From Dehalococcoidia bacterium (GTDB taxonomy: Bacteria > Chloroflexota > Dehalococcoidia > Lucifugimonadales > UBA3495): 64,000 bases of DNA. A program made the translations under genes and the position numbers. Below, in pieces: positions 28,587 through 37,176 of this stretch. Under the pieces are notes generated by a model. That model saw only the letters and a program-made list of their open reading frames with translations, was not told the origin of the DNA and ran no database searches. The DNA lies in assembly GCA_965115955.1 (NCBI GenBank), contig OZ220473.1, forward strand, positions 2,662,410 to 2,726,409, read 5' to 3'. How positions within the stretch are numbered: position 1 is the stretch's first letter; the number at the start of each line of letters is the position of its first letter.

Positions 28587-29642
28587 ATGACCACGCTGAA
28601 CCCGCCGAAACTGACTGCAATAGAACTGGGGAAAATAGAGCGGGTTGATGACTTGAGGGTGGCTTGGCCCAGAGAAGCGCAAGATTTCACGCCATGGCTG
28701 GCCGAGAACATCGAAGAGCTGGGCGAAGCATTGGGCATGGAACTGGTATCTGAGGGAATGGAAGTCCCGGTAGGCTCCTTCGCGCTGGATGTTCTGGCTA
28801 CCGCTACCGACGTTTCTCAGAACCAGACTGTAGTCATAGAAAATCAACTGGGAACCACAGATCACGACCATCTGGGCAAGCTGTTAACCTACGCCGCCGG
28901 TAAAACCGCTGATGTAATTGTATGGCTGGCAAAGGAGTTTCGAGGCGAACATCGTCAAGCATTAGACTGGCTTAATCAGCGTACTGGAGAGGACTGCCAG
29001 TTCTTCGGCGTAGCTGTGGAGTTATGGAAGATTGGAGATTCTCCGCTCGCCCCGTACTTCAATTTGGTCTCTGCTCCTAACGAATGGAGCAAGCTTCTAA
29101 AAACAGCCCATCCACTCACTGAAGAGGATGAGATGAATTCCGAGTTTCGCAGGTTGCTCATCGAACGTTTCAAACAGGAAGACCCTCTCCTTATGGCCAG
29201 AAAGAGAACTACAGGAACCGGCGGAATAGTAAAAGCCAGATGGCTGTATATAAAATATCCGGTGCCCGAAGTCAAGCATCACCTTAGTTATGTTGCCGTT
29301 TGGCCTAATGGAGATCTTGGCTTCCAGTTCGTATCAGATATAAGAGGCAGAGATGGACTGGGCTGGACTCGAAGGGTTTTCGAGGATCTCGAAAAGCGCA
29401 AAGGGGAGATCGAGGAAAAGGTTCGAGGAGCCGGGCCATCGGAACGGTTTGAGTGGGAACCTGATTGGAAAAAGCAAGGATTCCGAGTAGGTATTTATCG
29501 CAATGACAACGTGTTCCAGTATCCTGATTCTTGGGACGAATACCACGATTGGATAGTTGAAAAGCTCCGGTTATTTCAAGAACATATCGAGCCTCTTCTT
29601 ATGAAGGAATTTTCAGAGCATGAGCAGCGAACCCGTGAGTGA
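28587..29642 (+). CDS. PD-(D/E)xK nuclease-fold protein with DUF4268-like C-terminus
   Basis: 351 aa. 'E..VPVGSFALDVLA...TVVIENQLGTTDHDHLGKLLTYAAG..ADVIVWLA..FR.EHRQALDWLN' is the pattern I associate with the nuclease-like N-domain of DUF4268 proteins. GC is visibly lower (about 50%) than in the flanks. Confidence 0.7.
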   Translation: MTTLNPPKLTAIELGKIERVDDLRVAWPREAQDFTPWLAENIEELGEALGMELVSEGMEVPVGSFALDVLATATDVSQNQTVVIENQLGTTDHDHLGKLLTYAAGKTADVIVWLAKEFRGEHRQALDWLNQRTGEDCQFFGVAVELWKIGDSPLAPYFNLVSAPNEWSKLLKTAHPLTEEDEMNSEFRRLLIERFKQEDPLLMARKRTTGTGGIVKARWLYIKYPVPEVKHHLSYVAVWPNGDLGFQFVSDIRGRDGLGWTRRVFEDLEKRKGEIEEKVRGAGPSERFEWEPDWKKQGFRVGIYRNDNVFQYPDSWDEYHDWIVEKLRLFQEHIEPLLMKEFSEHEQRTRE

Positions 29643-30693
29643 AATCGGCGAAACTACCACCGTCCAATGGGACAGCGCCCTTGAAGCCATCGAGCGGTGC
29701 TACGAGCTGGGCTGGACCGACGGGCTGCCCGTAGTCCCACCCACCGAGGCCCGCGTCGCGGAATTCATCGAGCGCACGGGGCGCCCGCCGGGAGAAGTCG
29801 TCGGCGAACTGCCTGAGCGCCGCCGCGAGATCACCGTAAGCAAGGTGGCGGCCAACGCAGTGATGGCCGGCTGCCTGCCGGATTATATGCCCGTGGTGCT
29901 GACGGCAACCGAGGCCATGCTCGACCCAGTGTTCAACCTGGTTGGGCCATCGTCCAGCATGGGCGGATCGGCAATACTGACCATCGTCAACGGCCCTGTC
30001 GTGCGGGACCTGAACATCAACGCCCGCAACAACCTGTTCGGGCCTGGGAACCGCGCCAACGCCACCATAGGGAGGGCCGTCAGGCTCATTCTGATGAACG
30101 CCTGCGCCGCCATCCCCGGAGTGTTCGACCGCAGCGTTATCGGGCATCCGGGCAAGTACACCTACTGCATCGCCGAGGCGGAAATCGAAACGCACTGGAC
30201 GCCTCTGCACGTCGAGCGCGGCCTGCGCCCAGATCAGAGCGCAGTGACCGTGTTCGCCGGAGAGTCGCCCCGGCAGGTGCGGGCCGTGGGGCGACCGGAG
30301 GCCATACTCTATGCCATCTCAGACGTTGCCTCTACCTTGGGCACCAGCATGTCTACCTCCGGTTCCGTGGGCGAGACGGGAACGGGCGTGCGGCAGGGTC
30401 AGATTGTTGTAACAATCGCCGGAAACTCAGGCCTGTGGCAGAACTGGACCAAAGAACAGGTACGGGACTTCATCTTCCAGAGGGCGCGCCGGACAATGGC
30501 GGAACTAAAGCAGGCTATGGTCCTGGCAGGCGATGCAGGCCCCGGAGATGATGCTGAATCGGTTCCGCTGATTCCCGACCCATCGGACATACTCCTGGTG
30601 TTTGCTGGCGGTGAGGAATCCAATATGTCGTCGGTGATCCCTAGCTGGGGGCCGAAAGTGGCCTGCACGGCCGTTACAAAAGCCATAAACTGA
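29620..30693 (+). CDS. conserved-looking hypothetical protein (no domain recognised)
   Basis: 357 aa with host-like GC. The ATG overlaps the upstream gene by 23 nt. Motifs seen: 'GWTDGLPVVPPT', 'GPSSSMGGSAILTIVNGP', 'NATIGRAVRLILMN'. Confidence 0.7.
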   Translation: MSSEPVSEIGETTTVQWDSALEAIERCYELGWTDGLPVVPPTEARVAEFIERTGRPPGEVVGELPERRREITVSKVAANAVMAGCLPDYMPVVLTATEAMLDPVFNLVGPSSSMGGSAILTIVNGPVVRDLNINARNNLFGPGNRANATIGRAVRLILMNACAAIPGVFDRSVIGHPGKYTYCIAEAEIETHWTPLHVERGLRPDQSAVTVFAGESPRQVRAVGRPEAILYAISDVASTLGTSMSTSGSVGETGTGVRQGQIVVTIAGNSGLWQNWTKEQVRDFIFQRARRTMAELKQAMVLAGDAGPGDDAESVPLIPDPSDILLVFAGGEESNMSSVIPSWGPKVACTAVTKAIN

Positions 30694-30751
30694 AGGAAAT
30701 TCCTTACCCAAAGGTTTGGTTTCTCGGAAATTCAATCTGACGGAGATAGCT

Positions 30752-31294
30752 ATGGCACAGGCAAATGAGCACACCTTGATAAATCCGATAACGCAGCCGG
30801 TAATTGCTCCGTTCAATGGCGCGCCGCGCCTGGCAAGCCTGGCCGGAACCAGACTGGGGCTGATAGACGACAGCAAGCGCAATGCCGACGTTCTGCTGGA
30901 AGAACTGGCGAACCTGTTGCGCACTCGCTACGAAATTTCCACGGTCAAGTGGCTGCGCAAGCCCAGTGCTTCCCGCCCCGCCGACCCGGACGCCCTGAGG
31001 GAGCTGGTTGAGGAGTGCGATTCCGTAATCGTCGCCATAGGAGATTGAGGGTCATGCAGCGCGTGCAGTGTGCACGACGGAATCCATATCGAGAACGCCG
31101 GCATCCCATCGGCCACCATTTGCACTGACCGCTTCGTTCCTACTGCCACCGGCATGGCCCGGATGTGGGGCGCCCCGGACTATCCGACCATCTACACCGA
31201 GCATCCCATCGAGAACCTCGACCGGGACGCGCTCCGGGCCCGCGCCGAGCGGCTTGCTCCGCTGGTCGTGCAGGTGCTGACCGGCGAAGGCTAG
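30752..31294 (+). CDS. probable selenoprotein with UGSCSAC motif (TGA 31046-31048 read as Sec)
   Basis: ORFs 30716..31048 and 31070..31294 share one frame, with no stop other than the TGA between them. ATG 30752 has a GGAGA SD 5 nt upstream. The joined product is 180 aa: '...SVIVAIGD-U-GSCSACSVHDGIHIENAGIP...'. Confidence 0.65.
31062..31076 (+). promoter_or_regulatory. candidate SECIS-like hairpin (CGTGCA-GTG-TGCACG)
   Basis: 6-bp GC-rich stem starting 13 nt after the in-frame TGA. It is short, and no extended lower stem was found. Confidence 0.35.
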
Positions 31295-31327
31295 GCTGCT
31301 AAGAGCGAACTCTTTTCACGATTTGCG

Positions 31328-31368
31328 CCTGAGGGGTTTCCTTCGACAGACTCAGGAAACCCCTCAGG
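31328..31368. terminator. 14-bp perfect hairpin between convergent genes
   Basis: CCTGAGGGGTTTCC (31328-31341) pairs with GGAAACCCCTCAGG (31355-31368), 13-nt loop. Sits between the + gene ending at 31294 and the - gene ending at 31374. Confidence 0.5.
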
Positions 31369-31373
31369 TGGGT

Positions 31374-31571
31374 TTATGCCGACTGACTACGCAATTCCGG
31401 GGGCAGCAGGTTAGGTATAGTGTCCTCAATTGGATAGGATTCATCGCAGGCGGCGCAGAACAGAGACCCAGTTACAACCTCATCAGCGTCCTCTTCCTCT
31501 ATCTTCAGTTCAAGCTCGCCCTTGCATACCGGACAGACCAGTATTTCCATCAGGTCTTTCTTCAAAGCCAA
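31374..31571 (-). CDS. Trm112-family small zinc-ribbon protein
   Basis: 65 aa. '[14 protein letters not shown]...[21 protein letters not shown]' is the Trm112/UPF0434 pattern. Confidence 0.85.
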   Translation of the reverse strand: MALKKDLMEILVCPVCKGELELKIEEEDADEVVTGSLFCAACDESYPIEDTIPNLLPPELRSQSA

Positions 31572-31595
31572 TCCCCTCTGTCATTGACGCATTCG

Positions 31596-32078
31596 TCAGG
31601 CCGTCAACGCGTCTTCTATAAGCGCGTCCAGCACGTCAGAAAGGCCAATAACTACGAACCCGATTACCAGAAGCGTTATCGGACTGGTCAGGCTGCGAAG
31701 GATGCGCCGCGCCCGGGAAGCTCCGGATTCCGGTTGCTCCGAGTCTCCCCGCCGGACGAGGCGCGCCACGTAGAACATGTAGAGCGCCAGAGCGATCTTT
31801 ACCCCCAGGACTATCGCGTACGGCACAGTCGCGGCATCTCCGGTCAGTCGCGCCACCGAGAGAATCGCGCCGGTCAGCAGCAGTACCGCTATGGCTGTAG
31901 TTACCAGCCCTCGGAACTCATCCCGAATCGCCTCGTTTGTCTCCTGCGGCAACCCCTGGGAACGCCTGATGGCTGGACGCAGCACCATCAGGTAGAACAC
32001 GCCGCCGCCGACCCACGCCACAGCAGCGAGCGCATGCCCCCATCTAATAATCACCAGAATCCAGTCTAAAACACTCAT
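31596..32078 (-). CDS. integral membrane protein (CopD-like, tentative)
   Basis: 160 aa with about 4 TM helices. N-terminal 'RWGHALAAVAWVGGGVFY' resembles CopD-type proteins. Confidence 0.55.
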   Translation of the reverse strand: MSVLDWILVIIRWGHALAAVAWVGGGVFYLMVLRPAIRRSQGLPQETNEAIRDEFRGLVTTAIAVLLLTGAILSVARLTGDAATVPYAIVLGVKIALALYMFYVARLVRRGDSEQPESGASRARRILRSLTSPITLLVIGFVVIGLSDVLDALIEDALTA

Positions 32079-32128
32079 CTGTACCAGAAACGGGCTATCT
32101 GGGCCTGTGTTCGGCCATTGCGGAATTT

Positions 32129-32632
32129 CTATCCGCCCGTCAACTCGCCGACTATGCTCTTGATGCGCTCGGCATCGAGGGCGCTAACGTAAGTGGCTGT
32201 CACCCTTCCCTGTTTATCCACAAACACCGTGGTTGGGTAATACTCTATGCCGTAAGCGGCGGAAATGACCTCCTGCCGGTCTGTGGCAAAGCCGAAAGTC
32301 AGCCCCAGGTCGGCCACGAACTCCCGTGCAGACTGTTCGCTGTCGAGCCCCCTGGGAACAAACAGCCCAAGGAAACGGACGGGTTCGCCTGCCATGTCAT
32401 CCCACGCTTGCTGGAACTCCGGCATTTCCTCGCGGCAGGGCGCGCAACTGGGATACCAGAAATTGATCACCACCACATTGCCGGTATACTGCTCCGACAG
32501 CCGAAATCTGCCGCCATCGAACAGCTCAACCTCAAAATCCTTTGCCGATTCCCAGCCGCAAGCCGACATAAGGGCCAGCAATAGCGCAATGGCGAGAAGA
32601 TTCAGACGGGCGGCATTGAGGCGTAAAAACAT
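32129..32632 (-). CDS. TlpA/ResA-like thiol:disulfide oxidoreductase (lipoprotein)
   Basis: CxxC 'WYPSCAPC' in a thioredoxin fold. Start placed at ATG 32632 (MFLRLNAARLNLLAIALLLALMSACG, lipobox). The track ORF extends to 32671. Confidence 0.85.
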   Translation of the reverse strand: MFLRLNAARLNLLAIALLLALMSACGWESAKDFEVELFDGGRFRLSEQYTGNVVVINFWYPSCAPCREEMPEFQQAWDDMAGEPVRFLGLFVPRGLDSEQSAREFVADLGLTFGFATDRQEVISAAYGIEYYPTTVFVDKQGRVTATYVSALDAERIKSIVGELTGG

Positions 32633-32810
32633 GGGCTGATACGAGCAAACTCCAGGCAAGGCCGATTTCAAGCCACCGCATTCTATATGGGAGACAATAC
32701 CCTTTCAACGCCGATTGAACCGCTCTTCTTGACTGGACGGAACAAGCAAGTACAATCGTGGGAGATTGGCATCCTGCAATATATGTGACAATACTTGTGG
32801 AGGAAGGGCG

Positions 32811-33560
32811 ATGCGACTGGAGAACAAAGTTGCGCTCATCAGCGGAGGAGCTCGCGGTATGGGAGCAGTAGAGGCCAGGCTATTCGTACAAGAAGGCGCG
32901 AAGGTGGTAATTGGCGACGTTCTGGAGGACGAAGGGCGGCGCACTGAGGCTGAAATCAATGAGGCGGGCGGCGAATGCGTATTCGTGCGCCTCGACGTTA
33001 CCAGCGAAGAATCCTGGCAGGCGGCCGTAAGCGAGGCTGTCGGCCGTTTCGGGAAGCTGGACATTCTGGTAAACAACGCCGGGATCTACCGAACTCACAA
33101 CGTGACGGAGACTTCCTCGGAAGAATGGGACCAGGTGATGGACATCAACGCTAAGGGCGTGTTCCTTGGAACGAAGGCAGCCATTCCTGCCATGCGCGAC
33201 AGCGGCGGAGGCTCCATCGTTAATATCTCGTCGGTGGCGGGACTGATCGGCAACTTCTGGTCTTCGGCCTACACTGCGTCGAAGGGCGCAGTCCGACTGT
33301 TCACCAAGTCCACCGCCATCCAGTACGCTCGGGACGGCATCCGCTGCAACTCGGTGCATCCGGGTACGATTGAGACGCAGATGACCGCTCCTCTGCTCTC
33401 CGACGACTCATACCGGCAGGACCGCGTCAGCCGCACTCCCCTCGGAAGGCTGGGCACGGCAGAAGACGTAGCCTACGGAGTCCTGTTCCTGGCCTCGGAC
33501 GAGGCGTCCTTTATGACCGGCTCGGAACTGGTCATTGACGGCGGACGGACGGCGGAGTAA
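32811..33560 (+). CDS. short-chain dehydrogenase/reductase (SDR)
   Basis: 249 aa from ATG 32811 (GGAGGAAGG upstream). Contains 'KVALISGGARGMG', 'NNAG' and 'YTASK'. Close paralog of the SDR at 14816. Confidence 0.9.
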   Translation: MRLENKVALISGGARGMGAVEARLFVQEGAKVVIGDVLEDEGRRTEAEINEAGGECVFVRLDVTSEESWQAAVSEAVGRFGKLDILVNNAGIYRTHNVTETSSEEWDQVMDINAKGVFLGTKAAIPAMRDSGGGSIVNISSVAGLIGNFWSSAYTASKGAVRLFTKSTAIQYARDGIRCNSVHPGTIETQMTAPLLSDDSYRQDRVSRTPLGRLGTAEDVAYGVLFLASDEASFMTGSELVIDGGRTAE

Positions 33561-33701
33561 GGGGCGCACAGGGCGTGCAGGGAATCATATACAACGCCGC
33601 GAAAGCCGCATCCGGACGACGCTGATGGCGCACGGGCATGCGTCCCTCAGCAGACCTTGGCCTTCTTGTCGGGGCGGAGTATCGGTGCTCTTGCCATTTT
33701 G

Positions 33702-35459
33702 TCAGCGTCCCATAGCATAGCCGTCGCGGCGCGGATCCGCGCCGCCGCTGCGCCCTCCTCGTTCCTGGTCTACATGAACCGCGCACAGGCAGCCCATCCG
33801 GGGCGTAAAATCGTCCCACACTTCAACCTTGTGGCCCAGGCGGGAGAGATCGCTCACGACCTGGGAGTCCATCCGTCCTTCAACTCCCACCAGTCCCGGA
33901 TGGTAAGCGTGAGGCCAGAAAGAGTTGGGGAAGCTCCACGTGGAGAATCGGGGAGCCTCGACTGCCTGCTGAACATCCATACCGAATTCGAACACGTTCA
34001 GGAACAGTTGCACCATGGACTGAGGCTGAACGTCGCCGCCGGGGGTGCCGAAGGGCATGAGGGGCTTTCCGTCGCGCATTGCCAGCGCGGGATTCGGCGT
34101 GAGACGCGGTCGCTTGCCTGGGGCCAGGGCGCTGGGGTGATCCTGATCCAGCCATGTCTGCGAGCCGCGAGAGGAAGCAATAAAGCCCAGCCCAGGAACG
34201 ATGGGCGAGGTGCCGAAGCTGTCGCTGGGCGTGGCGGAGAAGGCATTGCCCCAGCGGTCGACGACGCAGGCGTAGCTCGTGTCGGCTGGCAGTCCGCCGG
34301 CAACCGCGTCGGGCCGGGCCGGGTGGCCATTGCGGGCGGGCATCCCCTGATGGGGCCACGGATCGCCGGCTAACGGCATCTCTGGAAACGCCTGCCGGGG
34401 GTCAATGGCTGCCCTCCGTTCTGCGGCGTATGATTTGGACAGCAAGCCCCCCATCGGCACGTTCACGAAATCGGGGTCGCCGATGTAGGCTTCGCGGTCG
34501 CTGAAGGCCAGCTTCAGGGCTTCCAGCACAGTATGGGCGTAAGCTGCCGTATTGTGGCCCATACCGCGAAGGTCGAATCCTTCCAGAATCTGAAGGGTCT
34601 GCAAGTTGACCGGGCCCTGGCACCATGGCCCGCAGGCATACACCTGGATGCCCTTGTAGTCGATGGATGGCGGGGTTTCGACGCCTGCGTTGAACCCGGC
34701 CATGTCTTCCATACTCAGAAATCCGCCCTGCCCCCGGACGAACCGCACGATTTCCTCGGCGATTTCTCCTTTGTAGAAGAAGTCTCGGGCTGCTTGCAGG
34801 GCCGCCTCCCGCCCCTGGCCGGCGTGGTCCCGCTCAACATCAATCAGCCGGCGGAAGGTGTGCGCCAGATCCTTTTGCATCAGGATGTCGCCTGTGGCGG
34901 GAAGGCGCCCGCCGGGGAAAAAGACGGCGGCAGTGGAGCTCCAGCGGCCATCGCCGTCGGAGTCCCCGATGAGGGCGTCGCCAGTACGGGTCAGGGCAGA
35001 CTGAAGCGTGGCCGGGATGGGGAAGCCCCCTTCGGCCAACTCCAGGGCCGGTGTAACCACCTGCTCGAAGGACATGGTTCCATAGAGGCGCAACGCAGTC
35101 ATCCAGGCGTCGGCGGCAGAGGGCGTAACGGTGCGAAGGATTCCGGGGGGCAGCTCGCCTCCTTGGCTCTTCTTGAAATAGTCGATACTAGCTTCCTGGG
35201 GCCACCTGCCGAGTCCGCTGATGGACACTGTCTCGCCGCTGCCGGCGTCGTGGATGATGATGGGCGCCACGCCGCCGAACCCCGTCCACTGAGGGAGAGT
35301 CACGTTGATCGCGATTCCCGCAGCGACGCCGGCATCGGTGGCATTGCCCCCCTGCTCAAGGATGCGAAAACCGGCGGAAGTGGCCAGGTAGTGGCCGCTG
35401 GACACCATGTGCTGCGCTCCGGACACCATCGGCCGCAGAGATCTGATTCCAAGGGCCAC
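33702..35459 (-). CDS. gamma-glutamyltransferase family protein
   Basis: Thr-nucleophile region 'DTSYACVVDRWGNAFSATPS', 'GGNATDAGVAAG' and 'MPFGTPGGDVQ'. The start is uncertain: GTG 35459 is chosen so that the conserved 'RSLRP..SG..HMVSS' is included, while the track ORF runs to 35570. Confidence 0.85.
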   Translation of the reverse strand: MALGIRSLRPMVSGAQHMVSSGHYLATSAGFRILEQGGNATDAGVAAGIAINVTLPQWTGFGGVAPIIIHDAGSGETVSISGLGRWPQEASIDYFKKSQGGELPPGILRTVTPSAADAWMTALRLYGTMSFEQVVTPALELAEGGFPIPATLQSALTRTGDALIGDSDGDGRWSSTAAVFFPGGRLPATGDILMQKDLAHTFRRLIDVERDHAGQGREAALQAARDFFYKGEIAEEIVRFVRGQGGFLSMEDMAGFNAGVETPPSIDYKGIQVYACGPWCQGPVNLQTLQILEGFDLRGMGHNTAAYAHTVLEALKLAFSDREAYIGDPDFVNVPMGGLLSKSYAAERRAAIDPRQAFPEMPLAGDPWPHQGMPARNGHPARPDAVAGGLPADTSYACVVDRWGNAFSATPSDSFGTSPIVPGLGFIASSRGSQTWLDQDHPSALAPGKRPRLTPNPALAMRDGKPLMPFGTPGGDVQPQSMVQLFLNVFEFGMDVQQAVEAPRFSTWSFPNSFWPHAYHPGLVGVEGRMDSQVVSDLSRLGHKVEVWDDFTPRMGCLCAVHVDQERGGRSGGADPRRDGYAMGR

Positions 35460-35772
35460 GTTACACCCCCCAATGGCCTGAATTTGCGCTTCCTGACATC
35501 CGGCGCAGGCTATGAGCGTTGCGCCATCCAAGTTGAGGGGTATGATAAGAATCTGGTTCAGGGGTGTCAACTGAGCCGGATAACCCGGAGTCTATCCCTT
35601 TGCGCAGGGCGCGCCGAATGGTTGTTGAAGCTGAAGCAACCGCCGGGGATAACAGACTTCTGGATTTGCGCCGGATGTTCGACCTGACGGAAGAACTGCG
35701 ACCGTTGGCGCAAGGGATCGCGCCGAATCCGCCGAGCGAGGACACTTCCGCAGAACAGGCTTCACAGAGGGG

Positions 35773-37056
35773 CTATGACACGGACGCCGTTAATTCCTTG
35801 ACCAGCAATTTCATCGCTGCCGGTTCATCGCTGCGAAAGTCCGCCTCATCACCACTTCTCAGCCGCCGGCACAGGCGATCCTGCCTCTGGTAGAACAAGT
35901 CTCCGAAGGCAAGGGCGGTTAGCGGAGCGGCAGGCGCTTGCCCCCCGGCGCGGACGAGTTCGGCGAAGTAACGGCTGGTAAGAGGATTTTCCAGGGCGGA
36001 GTCGGTGCAGAGCAGAGCCAGGCGGTCGTAGTACACAGTGTGGTCCAGAGAGGCTTCGCCCGAGTTAAGAGAGTCCTCATCGTCGGGATACAGCACCCAT
36101 GCAGGTATACGTTCCTCCATGAGTCCCAGACGCAGGCGCTCGGCAAGAGCATAATCAGCCATAGATGCAATCAGCAGCACCGTGGGAAACGCCCTGCGTT
36201 CGCATGTCATCGACTCTTGGGCGGCTATCAGAGGTTCAGCCACTCCCGCTCCCTGAAGGAACTGCCGTGGAATCCTCCCGCCGGAGCTGGAAAGGGTATC
36301 CAGGGCTATGACGCTGGGCGCCGTGTGTACCATGGAATCCAATCCGATTACCGATCGAAAGTCGCAGTTGGCGAACAGTGTCCCGCCTGCTTTTGCCAAG
36401 TGAAGAACGGAGCTGTCCAGCGAAGGCCTGACTATTTTTGCCCCCCTGAGGTCGGCCCCCGTCAGGTTCGCCATCGACAGAGATGCGCCGGTCAGGACAG
36501 AGCCTCTGAGGTCGGCATAGGCCAGGTTCGCCCAAGAGAGGTCGGCACAGGTCAGGTTGGTATCACTGAGGTCAGCCTGCTCCAGGTCGGCGTAGGAAAA
36601 CCCCGCATACGACAAGTCTGAGCCCTTGAGCGCCGCGTTGCTCAAAGTTCCGTTGGATACGTCGGCCCGGGTTAGCGAGCAGCCGGCCAGTTGGGCGCCG
36701 GCGAGGTTTGCGCGAGGCAGTCTGGCCCGGAACAGGTGCGCTCTGGTCAGGTTCGTTCCCGACAGATCCGCCATACGGAAGTCGCCGCCTGTGAGGTCGG
36801 CGCCGCTCAAGTCGTCATGGCGGAGGTCGGCTCCTGGCAGCTTGATCCCGCTGAGAAATGCTCCGGCCAGGTCTAGAGCGGGTCGTCCGTAAATGAACTC
36901 TGGGGTAAAAGTCTCGCCGGCTGCCCTGTCCTCCAGGCGATAGCCCAGATCGAATCGGGGCTGGCGAGTGTTCAGGGTGCGAAAGGTGAGTTCCCGCCAC
37001 CGGGCAATGGCGTTAGGCCCGGAACGCGCCAAGCCCACGTGATCAGGGTTGGCCAA
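35773..37056 (-). CDS. pentapeptide-repeat protein with C-terminal TIR-like domain
   Basis: 427 aa with about 30 A(D/N)LxG-type pentapeptide repeats (residues ~70-215). The C-terminus 'TVLLIASMADYALAERLRLGLMEERIPAWVLYPDD...YDRLALLCTDSALENPLTSRYFAEL' parallels the FISYS..D..FA..L...L...G...W pattern of TIR domains fused to pentapeptide repeats in cyanobacteria. Confidence 0.75.
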   Translation of the reverse strand: MANPDHVGLARSGPNAIARWRELTFRTLNTRQPRFDLGYRLEDRAAGETFTPEFIYGRPALDLAGAFLSGIKLPGADLRHDDLSGADLTGGDFRMADLSGTNLTRAHLFRARLPRANLAGAQLAGCSLTRADVSNGTLSNAALKGSDLSYAGFSYADLEQADLSDTNLTCADLSWANLAYADLRGSVLTGASLSMANLTGADLRGAKIVRPSLDSSVLHLAKAGGTLFANCDFRSVIGLDSMVHTAPSVIALDTLSSSGGRIPRQFLQGAGVAEPLIAAQESMTCERRAFPTVLLIASMADYALAERLRLGLMEERIPAWVLYPDDEDSLNSGEASLDHTVYYDRLALLCTDSALENPLTSRYFAELVRAGGQAPAAPLTALAFGDLFYQRQDRLCRRLRSGDEADFRSDEPAAMKLLVKELTASVS

Positions 37057-37176
37057 CTGCTACACCTCTCGCTGGAGCTACAGGGTAATGGCCCTGACCT
37101 GGCAATTATCGGCGGCTGGGTTCCCGCCGCCCTCTGCATACTGTCGTCAAGGCCATCCCGAAACTAACCGGGGGCA

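Noticed and set aside
28022-28738. 238-aa minus-strand ORF with striking PETLPASAGFL repeats
   Set aside because: It is the antisense shadow of the 33-bp repeat array. The plus-strand frame has a start codon, a TM helix and a sensible tail, while the minus ORF overlaps the NHL gene's 3' end and has no SD.
33657-35687. 238-aa and 384-aa plus-strand ORFs opposite the GGT gene
   Set aside because: Antisense shadows. The minus strand carries the GGT Thr-nucleophile and GG motifs.
35564-35893. 109-aa plus-strand ORF in the GGT / pentapeptide-gene spacer
   Set aside because: Its second half overlaps the pentapeptide-TIR gene's 3' end. It has a TTG start without an SD and no motif. A short real peptide in 35564..35772 cannot be excluded, but nothing supports it.
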